DNA of 64,000 nt from NCBI GenBank assembly GCA_039194325.1, contig JBCCWC010000014.1:32001-96000 (forward strand). The letters are read 5' to 3'. Position 1 is the first letter of the stretch, and the number at the start of each line of letters is the position of its first letter. This stretch comes from Myxococcota bacterium (GTDB lineage: Bacteria > Myxococcota_A > Polyangia > Nannocystales > Nannocystaceae). The position numbers were made by a program, and so were the translations under genes. This document shows positions 48,865 to 61,300 of the stretch, one piece after another. A model generated the notes under the pieces. The model did no database searches. It was not told where the DNA came from and saw only the letters and a program-made list of their open reading frames with translations.

Positions 48865-49389
48865 ATGTCGCAGTCTTCTCCCGATGAATCGTCGTCCTCG
48901 TCGACGCTCGCCCGCTCGCTCGGGCTGCAAGAGCATTCACTGGAGGACGTGCTGGCGTGGGCACGGGGCCGGGCGACCGAGCTCCTTCAATCGGTCGACG
49001 ACCAGGACTTGCTGGCCTTGCTCGAGCCGCCGGCACAACGGCCGAGTCCGCCGCGGCCTGCGCTACCGGTCGAGCCGGTTCGGGTAGCAGGTGAGATCGA
49101 TGCGCTCGATGCCGAGTTCGGGTCTTCGCACGGTGAGGGTTCTCCGTCGGGGGTTGCCTCAGCCACGCGTCCCGTTCCGGAATTGGCCTTGGCTCCCACG
49201 GAGTCGCTCGGGGTCGTGCCACCGCCGCCCGCCTTTGCCACCAAGGGTCCTCGGCCGGAGACCGTCATCGGCCCCGCTCCCACCGCGCCGCCGGGTTTGT
49301 CCCGCACAGGTCGCCCCGGAGCGAAGCCCCGCGGGGCTGGTCGGCCGTCGTCGGCGACCGACGCTCGGCGGGGGCCGGTCGCTCAGTAG
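48865..49389 (+). CDS. Hypothetical protein
   Basis: Helical N-terminus (LARSLGLQEHSLEDVLAWAR) followed by low-complexity Pro-rich sequence. Divergent from the kinase gene. Confidence 0.4.
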   Translation: MSQSSPDESSSSSTLARSLGLQEHSLEDVLAWARGRATELLQSVDDQDLLALLEPPAQRPSPPRPALPVEPVRVAGEIDALDAEFGSSHGEGSPSGVASATRPVPELALAPTESLGVVPPPPAFATKGPRPETVIGPAPTAPPGLSRTGRPGAKPRGAGRPSSATDARRGPVAQ

Positions 49390-49892
49390 CACTCCAGCAC
49401 GCACTCGAGTCGCTCGTTCTCGCAGCGTACCGTCTCGGACGCGCCCGACGACTCGGCCGCGCACTCCAACGCTCTTTCGAGGCAGCTACTCTCGCAGGCT
49501 TCGTCAAACCAGGGGGCGCATTGCTCGAAGTCGAGGTCACAGCGTTGCTGACACTCGCCGACCTCCACGACGCCACTGCACCCCTGCTGGCAAGCCCTTC
49601 GCTCCGCGATGCAGCCGGAGCGTCGCTCGCACAGCGCGGTGCTCTGGTCGATCGTGGCCGCGCAGCGGTTGGCGATGTCGGTACAGTCCTCCAAGTCGCC
49701 GAAGTCCTCGGGATCTGCGTCGTCGAGGCACCAGATGAAATCCACGCTGCACTCGCTGCGCTTCGTCGCTTGTTCGGTCCAGCACTGGACCCCGCGCTCT
49801 CCCTCGGTCGCCGAAGGCAGGCACGCGCCCAACAGGGCCCAAAGTCCGGTGGTGATGGCGATTTGTACGATGGTGGGTCGATGCGTGCGCAT
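49383..49892 (-). CDS. Cys-rich helical lipoprotein
   Basis: Lipobox LLGAC and repeated CxxxC spacing. Start is MRTHRP at 49892. Confidence 0.7.
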   Translation of the reverse strand: MRTHRPTIVQIAITTGLWALLGACLPSATEGERGVQCWTEQATKRSECSVDFIWCLDDADPEDFGDLEDCTDIANRCAATIDQSTALCERRSGCIAERRACQQGCSGVVEVGECQQRCDLDFEQCAPWFDEACESSCLERALECAAESSGASETVRCENERLECVLECY

Positions 49893-49947
49893 GACGGTGA
49901 TGCTCCGTTGGGACAGACTCCGTTGGGCCAGACTCTGCTGGATCGGC

Positions 49948-51015
49948 TCAGAAGCGAACGAGGAGGGCCGCGCTGGTCGTCCAGAAGTAACGGCGAAGAT
50001 CGGTGTTGGTGAGCTCCGAGCGGCGATAGCAATCGCGGATCCCCTCGTCGACGTCGCAAACTCGGGTCCAGTAGGGCAGGGTCGCGCCGGTGAGCATGCC
50101 CAGCGATACTCGATCACTCAGGCGCACCTGTACGCCCACGTCGGCCCCCAGGGCCAGCCCGTCGGCCGCCACGCCCGCGTTGGACCAACGCACCAACGAA
50201 CGCGCGTAGCCGACTTGCAAGCCCACCACCGGCTCGGCGCGCCACCGGCCTCCCGAGAGGTGCAGTCGGGGTCCGACCAGGGCGGCCAGCCACATCGCCA
50301 GAGGATCCGAGTCGATGTCGTTGCCGTGGATCGCCGCGAGCCCGCCGACCTCCACCGATAGGTGAGGCGTGGCCCGGTACGCCAGTCGCAGGTCGAGCCC
50401 GCCGCCGACCCCCATGCTGCCCGCCGCGCTCCCCACCCGAAGCTCCCGGCAGCCGGAGCCCAGGCATGCGCTGACCCCCGGGGCGATCCGCAGGCCCAGA
50501 CCCAGCAGGGCCGCCGCCGGATCTGCGGCTGGATCCGGCGTTGGCTCGGGCGCGGGCTCGGCCTGGCCCTCGGGCTCGGGCTCGGGCTCGGGCGTGAAGG
50601 CAGGGGGCTCGCCGCACTCGCCCGAGGCCGGGTCGCATGCGACGAAGCACTGGCCGTCGAGGCAGGTCGCGCCCTCGGGGCACGCCGGTTCACACGTCGC
50701 CGGCTCGGGTTCGGGCTCTGGCTCGGTGGAGGTTGTCTCGGGTGGTGGTTGTTCGGACGTCGCAGGCTCGGTGGGGGTCGCCTCGTTGCCGTCGGTCGCA
50801 GGGAGCGACGGCGCCTCGGGCTCGAGCTCGGCCGCCGCGGACGGCACCGAGAGCCCGAGCGCGGCGAGTATCACCCCAAGCAGGGCGTGGCGGCACGAGG
50901 GGCGTGGTCGAACGATGGGCACGGCCCCGAGTATCCAGAAGACCGGGCCCGGTTGAGAAGACCTGTTGCAGACGAGCGACTGGTGGGCCCCTACGATCGT
51001 TCTGGCGAGTTGCAC
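49948..51015 (-). CDS. Outer-membrane beta-barrel-like protein with a Pro/Glu-rich linker
   Basis: Signal ALLGVILAALGL, EP-rich linker, alternating beta-strand pattern, and C-terminal Phe (LLVRF). Start is uncertain. Confidence 0.65.
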   Translation of the reverse strand: MQLARTIVGAHQSLVCNRSSQPGPVFWILGAVPIVRPRPSCRHALLGVILAALGLSVPSAAAELEPEAPSLPATDGNEATPTEPATSEQPPPETTSTEPEPEPEPATCEPACPEGATCLDGQCFVACDPASGECGEPPAFTPEPEPEPEGQAEPAPEPTPDPAADPAAALLGLGLRIAPGVSACLGSGCRELRVGSAAGSMGVGGGLDLRLAYRATPHLSVEVGGLAAIHGNDIDSDPLAMWLAALVGPRLHLSGGRWRAEPVVGLQVGYARSLVRWSNAGVAADGLALGADVGVQVRLSDRVSLGMLTGATLPYWTRVCDVDEGIRDCYRRSELTNTDLRRYFWTTSAALLVRF

Positions 51016-51088
51016 GCCGCTGGCCCGGATCGCGGGCCGCGGATCGGTGTAAGGGCCGGCACGGCCTGCGGTGGCTTAGCCTACCGAC

Positions 51089-51552
51089 TCACTGTGCGTG
51101 CCAGCCATCGTCGAGCAGGGCCTGGCGGGCTCGATCCAGCGCTTGCGCGGCCGCGTCGTCGCTGGCGAATCGCTCGGCCACCTCGGTCTTGAGCACACCA
51201 CCCTCCACCGTCAGCCGGGCTTCGATGGTTCGCCCACCGGTGGTGAAGCTCAGCGTGGCCGCCTTGTCGAGCTCGGCTTCGGGGACGACCGACAGCGCGG
51301 GAGCCTGCGCGGCGGCCGGGGCCCCTGCCGAGGCCTGGCCGTCGTCGGCGTACCCCTTGCGTCGCTTCGAGGAGGAGACCTTCTCCAGCTCTTTGCGGGC
51401 CTTGTCCTCGTTGCCGAGCTCCTTGACCTGGGTCTGGCCGTTGGTGCCGATCCGTCCGTAGTTGACGTAGAGCGTGCCGCCGTCGACTCGGGCGCGCCAG
51501 AATTTCTTCGAGCTCCCATCGACGAGCTGGAGGCTGACGTCCCAGGATTCGC

Positions 51553-51556
<4 letters not shown>
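51089..51556 (-). CDS. WGR domain protein (retron-associated)
   Basis: SSKKFW...VNYGRIGTNGQ...KRRKGY is the WGR signature. Its start overlaps the RT stop codon (ATGA, 51553-51556). Confidence 0.9.
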
Positions 51557-52956
<1,400 letters not shown>

Positions 52957-53014
52957 CGAATTGGCAAGGAGGGCGACGGTGGGACCGTAGCGTCGGCCGG
53001 TCGGGGACGAGCCC

Positions 53015-53290
53015 CGAGCCGGCGAGGAAAGGGAACCGAGACGCTACTTCTCGACACGGGACACGGTAGGCTCACCGGTTTGTGGTACGGAGGGGGTCGT
53101 AGCGACTGGATTGAACGACGGTTGCGTGGTTGGCCCAGATAATCCGGTCGCTACGACCCCCTCCGTACCTGACAAACCACGAACAGCCTACCTTGTGGAG
53201 TGATGCAGTGATGTTAGACCGGGGCGGCGCAACGCCACCCGTGTGCAACGCACGTGGCTAACGAACTCGGTTCCCTCTCCTCACGGCTCG
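53015..53290 (-). ncRNA. msr-msd: Retron msr-msd non-coding RNA
   Basis: a1/a2 inverted repeats at 53015-53040 and 53266-53290. msd hairpin with a 23-bp perfect stem (53084-53106 / 53147-53169) plus outer stems. msr stem-loop GGGTGGCGTTGCGCCGCCC. Lies immediately upstream of the RT gene. Confidence 0.9.
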
Positions 53291-53490
53291 TGAAATCCAA
53301 GCGTCACGCTAGCCCTCTGGCTCGGTGGTGTCAACGCGATCACGCCTTGGGAACGACAAAAAAAGATCTGATTTCAAGCGTTTACGGGCTCGGTCGCCCA
53401 CGCGAGGACACACCCGTGCGAGCGGCCCGGCAGGCCGCTTTGGGGAGGTGGGTGGCCCATGGGGTCGGGCCCGACGATGACGGCGTATGT

Positions 53491-55308
53491 TCAGGGGCTC
53501 TGGGCAGCGCTGGCGTCGACGAAACCCCGTGACGAGAGCGTCTCCAGCCGGCCAAAGTACTCGACGCTGGCCTCCTCGGAGGAGGAGAACAGCAGCCTCT
53601 GCATGCGCATGCGGTCGGGGTGTGGACCCCAGCGCACGGTCACCTGGCGGTGGTCGAGGCTGACCCGGTAGGTGAGCGAGCCCTCGCGGTGGCGACGGAC
53701 GAAGGTGCGGGTCTCGGCGCGGATCAGCTGACGGCCTTCCTCTGTGTTGCGTGCTCGCTCCAGCTCGGCGCGTTGCCGGGCGTAGAGCAGGCGTAGAGCC
53801 ATCATGGGCACCGTGGGGCCCTCGCGCAGGCCGCTGCGGCGAAACTGCGGGCTTGTGCACGAGGCGTCGACCGTCCGACCCTCGCGATCGAGGGTGAACG
53901 AGGTCTTGTAGCTGCGGTGGGCCTGCGGATCTTCCACGGTCCCCTCGATCTTGGTGCCCTCCCGGCCCAGGTCGTGGACTCGGGTCAGCGTCACCGCGCC
54001 CTCCGTGTCGAGCAGGCGGTGGGCCTCGGCCTCGCGGGCGTCGCGGAAGCGCAGCGTCTCGGGGTCCGGCGGGGAGGCTAGCAGCGGCCGGTGGACGAAC
54101 TGGCGGGCGGCCACGTCGTGCAAGACCATGCCGCGTTGGATGTGGTGCAGCAGCGCCGAGCGCAGCTCGGCGCGGGGGCGGTCGGTCTGCTCGCTCAGCG
54201 CCTCAATCGTGTGCGGCCGCTGCTCGAGCAGTTGGAGCACCTTGCGGGCCAGGACCTCGTCGAGCGGACCGGCGTCGAGCAGATCGAACGTGGCGATGCC
54301 CGCCCAGCCGGCATCGGTCCACCCCGACAGGGCCAAGGTCAGCTCCGCGTCGCCCAGATCCACCACATAGAACGCCGGCAGGCCGGGCCCGACCAGGTGG
54401 ATCTTTACGCTGCGGGCGTGGGGTAGCAGCCGCGCCAGCACCGAGAGTCGCCCGCGACCCCAGGTACGGACCACCATGGGCATCGCACCCTCGTAGGGAG
54501 CCCCGGTCGACTCGATCACCTGCTCCCAGGGCTCCAGCACCAGGCGGGGGCGCTCGCCGGGCACCAGCTCGTAGCGCAGGGCCCGTGGTGACGTGCGAGC
54601 CCGTCGCTGTCGCAGGGTCAGCAGCACGTTATAGAGATCGACCGGGGCCAGCTCGAACGAGTGCAGCGGCAAGGTCGAGGCGGACTGCACCTGGCCGAAG
54701 GCCCGGATCCACCGCAGCGGGACCAAAAAGCGCAGCTCGTCGCCCTCTTCGGTCGTGGTGGGGGTCAGCTCGAGGACCGACGCTCGGTAGGAGCGCAGCC
54801 GCCCCAGCGCGGCCAGCAACGGCGGCCCCAGTCGCACATGCGAGGTCCCGGACTGTAGCGACTGAGCCCGGTAGGCCGCACCGGCGCGCATCCACAGGCG
54901 GGCATACGCCGACTCGTCGGCCGAGAACACCTCCAGGCTCATGCCCTGCTCGTCGACCCGCAGCACTGGATCGAGGGGGGACTCTTCGGCGGCCGCTTCG
55001 CCGTACTTGGCGGCCAGGAAGTCGCGCTGGGCGTTCCATACCTCCTGGCTCACGCGCTTGCCCTGGGCCAGCAGGTAGGCCAGGTAGTCCGCGCGGCTGC
55101 GGGGACGAAAGCGGAGATCGCTGGTGAGGATCTCGCCCATGGTGAGCAGGGCATCGCGGATCACCCCCGGGCGCTCGAGCTCGGCTATCAGGCCGCAGTC
55201 GGCTCGGATCCCGTCTGTGGGGATGCGCAGGCGGAAGGCGTCGCCCTCGGCTACCGGATCGGTGGCGGGGGCGTAGCGCACGCGGACCTCGGCGGTTTGG
55301 CTCGTCAT
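53491..55308 (-). CDS. Retron-associated SWIM-like protein with a C-terminal WGR-like domain
   Basis: LDPV...EVFSADESAYA, WIRAFGQVQ, TWGR, GPGLPAFY, LSGWT. Degenerate SWIM CTSPQF...GPTVPMMALRL. C-terminal VTVRWG...F...A...RGF. Probable start is MTSQT at 55308. Confidence 0.8.
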   Translation of the reverse strand: MTSQTAEVRVRYAPATDPVAEGDAFRLRIPTDGIRADCGLIAELERPGVIRDALLTMGEILTSDLRFRPRSRADYLAYLLAQGKRVSQEVWNAQRDFLAAKYGEAAAEESPLDPVLRVDEQGMSLEVFSADESAYARLWMRAGAAYRAQSLQSGTSHVRLGPPLLAALGRLRSYRASVLELTPTTTEEGDELRFLVPLRWIRAFGQVQSASTLPLHSFELAPVDLYNVLLTLRQRRARTSPRALRYELVPGERPRLVLEPWEQVIESTGAPYEGAMPMVVRTWGRGRLSVLARLLPHARSVKIHLVGPGLPAFYVVDLGDAELTLALSGWTDAGWAGIATFDLLDAGPLDEVLARKVLQLLEQRPHTIEALSEQTDRPRAELRSALLHHIQRGMVLHDVAARQFVHRPLLASPPDPETLRFRDAREAEAHRLLDTEGAVTLTRVHDLGREGTKIEGTVEDPQAHRSYKTSFTLDREGRTVDASCTSPQFRRSGLREGPTVPMMALRLLYARQRAELERARNTEEGRQLIRAETRTFVRRHREGSLTYRVSLDHRQVTVRWGPHPDRMRMQRLLFSSSEEASVEYFGRLETLSSRGFVDASAAQSP

Positions 55309-55330
55309 CGTCAGCGCTCCTCGGTCGGGT

Positions 55331-58300
55331 TCATGCGTAGGCTCGGGCCCGGGCTTCGCCTCGCTGCAGGCGGCGTAGCGCCCGGAAGGCGGCCTTGCGA
55401 ACATCGGTGGGTTCTTTTTGTGCGGCGAGGATCTCCTCGAGGATCGCTTGGGCGGCTTCACCTCCCAGGCGGCCCAGGCTCCCGATCGCGGTCAGGCGTC
55501 CGGACCCCTTGCCCGGAGTCTGCGCGAGGGCCTGGATCGCCTGCACCTGCGCACCACCGAGCACCGCGGGCAGCACCACGCCGCGGGCCTCGTCGGAGAC
55601 GAGCAAGTCGTCGGCCGCCTGGGCCAGGGCGGCGGTGGCCACCGGAGCTATCGTGGCCGCATCCGCCACCGTCTGGGCCTTCAGCACGGCCGCCGCCTCC
55701 TCGGGCGCACGGGTCGAGACCAGCTCGGCCGCCGCCCGGCGGACTCCCGCATCGGGATCGGCCAGCGCGGTCCGAGCCCGGCTTACGTCGGAGGGATCGC
55801 CGTGCGTCGTCAGCAGGCGCAGCGCCTCTCGGCGTACCCAGGCCGGCGCGTCCACGTCGTCCACCGCCGAGCGAGCGGCGGCTTGCCCGGTACCTCCGAG
55901 GCGGCGGCCCGCCCACAGGCTCGCGGCCCAGGCCCGGGCCAGGGCCGACAGGCGGACCTGACGTTGGGCGTCCTCCCCCATCGCCTGTGCGTGGAGCGTG
56001 CGCCAGGCGGTCGCCGATCGCGCGGCCGCTTGTCCGACGGCCTGGGCGAGGGGCTCATGGCCGCTCGCCCCCGCGATCCAGGCCGCATCGGCCCGCGCCG
56101 CATCGGACTCGCCGGCCAGCAAGCTGCGGACCGAGTCGTCGGGGCACTCGCCCCGTCGGACCAGGCCTCGTCGGAGTCGGCGGCGGACATCGTCGTTGTC
56201 GATCTCCCCCATGCGTGCCACCAGGGTCGCCGGGTCTCCGTGGCGGGCCAGGAAGCTCGCCGCCGGAGCCGAGATGTCCGGGTGGCGGCTACGCAGGGCC
56301 AGCAGGTTGGTGCGCGTGGGTTCATCGGCGAACAGCCGATCCAGGGCGGCGCGGGCGGCCTGGCGCACGCCGGAGCCTTCGTCGTCGAGAGTCTCGGCCA
56401 GCACCGTCTCCGACGATGCGTGGCGAAGCTCGCCCAGCTGGATCGCCGCGTGTCGTCGGACCGCCGCATCCTCGAAGCGATCGGCCAGGGCCGCCTCGAG
56501 CACGCTGCGGCTGCGATCGTCACCCGCGTAGCGGAGCCCGGTGAGCGCCCGGGTGCGCAGGCTCGACGCGCCCTCGCGGGCTGTTCGCTCCACCAGGGTG
56601 CGGATCCGTGTGTCCTGTTGGTCGTCGAGGTGGGGGAGCATGCGTCCCAGCGCCTCGATGGCGGCGGGCGCCAGGGCTCGGTCCTCGTCGGTGAGCTCCG
56701 CGTCGGGATCCAGCAGGGGCTCGATGTCTTCCAGGGCTCGTCGGTCCCCCAGCGTCCCCAGGGCCAGCAGCGAGCGCTCACGCTCGGGCTGCTCGCCCGC
56801 CTTGAGCACGAGCAGCAGCGCCTGGAACGCCTCGGGTCGACGGCGCCCCGCCAATCCTGCGGCCGCCGGCAGCACCAGCTCGCGTCGACCCTCGCGCAGG
56901 GCGAGGGCCAGCGCCTCCAGCGAGGCGCCCGGCACGTACTCGCCCCGGAATGCGAGCGCTTCGCAGGCGGCCACCCGAATGTCGGGCTCGCGATCTTCGA
57001 GCAGCCGGGCCAGCAGAGGCTCGGCCCCCGAGTCGTCTACGTTACGAAGCACCTTGACGGTGCGACGCCGCAGCTCCTCGTCGGTCGACTGCGCGGCGAC
57101 GCTGAGGTATCGCAGCACGCGCTCGTCTACATAGCGAGCTCGGGTGCCCCCGGTGGGGAGCTTGCGCGCCCCTTCGGTGGGGTGCCGGGCCAGGCTGACC
57201 AGCGCATCGAAGGCCCGTGTGCGCACCGGCCCCTGCTCGTCACCGAGCAGCGACAAGAGCACGGTCTGCCCGGCTACGTGCCCGATCCGTGAAAGCGCGT
57301 CGATCAGTGCAAAGCGATCCGCCGTCTTGTCGGGATCGTCCTCTATTCGGGCGGCGATCACCCGCGCCGCGGCCTCGCCCGCTCGATCGGCGTCTTCGGT
57401 GCGGGCGTGGGACAGCGCCACCAGGGCCTGCAGCGCTCGCTGGGCCACGCTCTTGTCTTCACGCTGCAAGAAGGCGGCCAGCACGTCGACCGTGCGCACC
57501 TCACCGCGGGTTGCCAGGGCCTGGGCGGCCTTGAGCCGCAGATCCTCGTGGTCGCTCTCCAGCGCGCGCCGCAGAGCCTCGTCGACCCGCGGATCGCGAG
57601 AGTCCACCAGTCGGTCGACCACGGAAAGTCGTACGTCGGTATGTCGGCTGCCGAGCGCCACCAGCCAGGGCTCCAGGCTGCCGTCGTCGAACAGCCGCTG
57701 GATCATGGTGACCGCGTGGCTGCGCACCTCGGCGTTGGGAGCATCGACCGCCCCGAGCGCCAGCGGTCGGGCTCGAGCGTGGCCGCTTGCGGCCATGCCT
57801 ACCAGCTCGTCGACCGCCCCGCGGCCCACGTCGGCGGCCTGCGATTGCAAGGCTAGACCCAGCGGGGTGGTGTCGCCGTCGTCATAGAGCGCTCGCAGGG
57901 TCGACAGCGCGGCCTTGCGGGCGAGGTGGTGCGGATCCGAGAGCGCGCGCCGTAGCACGGGCAACACCGCCGGTCGTCCGACCTCGGGGTGGCGGGCCAG
58001 CGCGCCCAGGCGGGCCAGTGCGTCTCGGCGGACCCGGTGGGTCTCGTCGGACTCGCCGCGCGTTGGTGCCTGGCGCACCAGCCCTACGTAAGCGCCGAAC
58101 ACCAACTGGGTGATTGCCGCGCGATCGACTGGAGCGTCGGCCGCCGGTGGTGCCGCCTGGGGTCGGGGTCCGCCGACGAAGCGCAGCACCTCCAGCACGC
58201 GCTCGGTCAGCGTGCCGGCCCCGTCGTCGCGGACCTGCTCCAGCAGCCGGCGGATCCAGCCCGTCTTGCGGGGCTCGCGACGCTCCGGCTGCCCGCTGGT

Positions 58301-61300
58301 CACCGGGGCATCGGGCTTGTCGACCGCCTTGGGGGCCTTGAGGCGCCGAAGCTCGCGCCAGAACGACTCGGGCTGGGGGCGCAACGAGAGCACTCGAGCG
58401 GCCGCGTAGCGTTGCGCCGGGTCGTCCGAGGCGAGCACCGCGATCAGCACGTTGAGCAGGGGCCCGCGATCCTCTTCGGCGGGCCACTTCTTGAGCTCGG
58501 AGGCTCGCTCCGGTTTGCGTGGGCCCACCAACTCCTGGGCCAATGGTCCCAGGGTGTCGGCGGCGTCTCGCACCTCCAGCGCTCGGGCAGCCACCAGCCG
58601 GATCTCGGGGTGCGACGAGGCGATCGCCGCCAGCAGCAGATCGGGTGGCAGATCGGCCCGGGCCAGCGCTAGATCGCGGGCGACGACCACCGCGAACACC
58701 AGGTCCTGGATCTCGCGATCGGGATCCTCCAGCCCTTGCAAGATCCCCCGGATCCCATCGGCGCCCAGGGCCACGAAGCTCAGGATCGCGCCCTCGCGGA
58801 TCGGGCGATGTTCGTGGCGTAGCGTGCCCGCGAGCACGGGGACCGCCCGCGCGTCACCCATGCGCGCCAGGCCCTCGGCCGCCCAGCTGCGGACCGGCAG
58901 ATCGGGATGCGAAAGCGCGGTGACCAGGGGGCGCTCCTTACCGGGCACCACCGCCCCCGCCAGCCCGCGCGCGCCCATCTCTCGGACGACGCCGTCGGGA
59001 TCGTCGAGCAGGGTCACGTAGCTGGCGATCGACTCCACGTCGCCCACGTCGGCCATGGCCCGAGCCGCCCGCTGACGCAGGGGATCGGAGGGTCGGTTGA
59101 TGTCCCCTTCGGGGATCGCCAGCAGCGCGCGCATGGGGGCGATCGCTCGGTCGTCGCGACGCTTGCCGCACAGCTCGCCCGCCCGCACTCGGAGCCCCCA
59201 GAACTTGCTCGAGAACGCGGTGACGAAGGCCTGCTGATCCTTGGGGGTCAGGTGATCGAGGGCCTCGATGGCGGCGATGTGCACCGGCGGCGACTCGTCC
59301 TCCAGCAATTCCAAAAGGCGCGTGCGCAGGGCGTCGGCGCTGCCCTTCTTGGCGCCCTTGCCGCCCGCGGCTCGCACCGCCGCTCGTGGCGAGTCCATGG
59401 CCAGCCGGTGGATCGAGTCGTCCGAGGCCAGGGCCTTCTTGCGTGCCTTGTTGTGCTTGCTGTCGATGAGCGCTCGATAGGCCGCCAGCCCCACGTCGGC
59501 GACCGCGTCGCTCACCAGCTCGCGCAGCAGGTGCTCGGCCCAGTCGCCGTCTTGTCGGTCGAGCTCGCTGGCGACTCGCTGGCGGATGTCGGCATGTCGC
59601 GACGAGGCCGCGCGGCGCAGCACCGTCTGAGGCGACTTGCTGTGCCACGCCCACAGCGTGCGGAATGCCTCGCTGCGTACCGACTCGGCCTCGTCATCCA
59701 GCGCGTGGCCCAGCAGGACGTCGGCGTGCTCGCGCGCCTTGTTCTTCGTTTTCTTGTCGGGCCCCAGCTTGACCAGGATCTGCAGGGCGCGGGCGCGGAT
59801 ATCGGTGTGGCCTCCGCCCAGGGCGGTAGCCGCCAGGGCCACCTGGCCCGGCTCGCCATCGGGCTCGGCCAGGGTGCGTAGCGCGTCGTAGGCCCCGGCG
59901 CGGACCGAGTCGCTGGCGTCGTCCAGCAGCCAGCGTAGGCGCGTGCGGAGGCGCTCGTCGCCCGCCATCACCTTGGCGGTGGCCAGCAGCGCCGCCACCA
60001 CCTCGCCGCGTACCGAGGCATCGGCCTCCCGTGACAGCTGCAACAGCGCCCCGGTGGCCCGAGCGTCGCCCAGCATGCCGAGCCCCCGTGCGCCGCGCAG
60101 GGCGGTGTCGGCGTGACGGCACACCAACGCGGCGAACAGCGGCGCTCGGTCGTCCTCTTTTACGGTACCGACGGTACCGACGGTATCGACCGCAGCGCCC
60201 GCGGAGGTGGCCGGAGCCAACGAGCCGTCCTTGTCCAGCTTGCGCATCGCCGCATCGAGCGGGCCGTCGACCTGGCGCAGCGCGAGCGATAGGGTGGGGC
60301 GCCCGGCGATCGCCACCAAGAACGCCACGTGGCGTACTCCGGCGTCCTCGTCGTCCAGGGCATCCTCGACCAGGGCGTAGCCCTCGTCCTGGCGAGCGTG
60401 GCCGCGTTGGCTCAAGCGCAGCAGGGCCAGCGAGCGCACATCGGCCGGCCCCCGGCCCAGGGCTACGCGGGTCGGCTCCAGCGAGTCGGTCGACTCCAGC
60501 GCTTCGAGGGCATCGAGGGCCGCGTGCCGAACCTTGGCCTCGGGGTCGCGTAGGCGATCGGCGATCATCGCCGGGACCATCGGGGACGTATCGCGAAGCC
60601 CCGGCAGGCGGGACAGCGCCTCGATGCGTAGATCCGGGTGGCGTGAGCCCAGGGCCGCGCGGGCCGGCGCCAGCGGGGCATCGTCTTCGAGCGTGGTCAA
60701 GGCCGCCAGTGCGGCCCGGCGGACCTCCTTGTGGCCGTCGTCCAGCGCCTGTCGCAGCGCCGGTCGGCTGCGGCGGCGACCCGAGCGGCCGATGATCTTC
60801 GCGGCCAGCGAGCGCACCTCGGGCTTGTCGTCCTGGCCCAAGGCGCGGTCGAGCATTCGCCGGGCGTCGTCCTCGGGCAGGGTTCCCAGCGCCTCCAGGG
60901 CCGCCTGCCGGGCCTTGGGGCTGCGTGCTTTCAGCTCATCGCGCAGCTGGTCCAGTCGCCCGTCGACTCGGTCGATCTCGTCCGCGATGTCGCTGGCCTC
61001 GCTCAGGGTCAGCACCGAGAGCCGGCGCCACTTGTTGCCCACGACGAGCAAGCCGCCGCGCTTGGCCGGCTTGGCCCGCGTCGACGCGGGCAGCCACGCC
61101 AGCGCGCCCAGCCCGGCCTTGCCCACCTCCACGCTCTTGGGCTTGCGCTTGGAGTCGAGCTGCCACGACTTGAGCTGGCCGTCGTCCCCCACCGAGAACA
61201 GTCGCTGCGGGTGCTCTTGTCCCGCGTCGTCGTGCAATCGGGGCCCGAGCACCAGGCCACGCACCGGCCCGGCGTGGCCGGCGTCGCGTGAACGATTCTC

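Noticed and set aside
53084..53169. Rho-independent terminator or MITE
   Set aside because: There is no U-tract, and the hairpin is nested inside the a1/a2 repeats directly upstream of a retron RT, so it is better explained as msd.
55418..57292. 624-aa plus-strand ORF
   Set aside because: It is antisense to the HEAT gene and has no recognisable domain.
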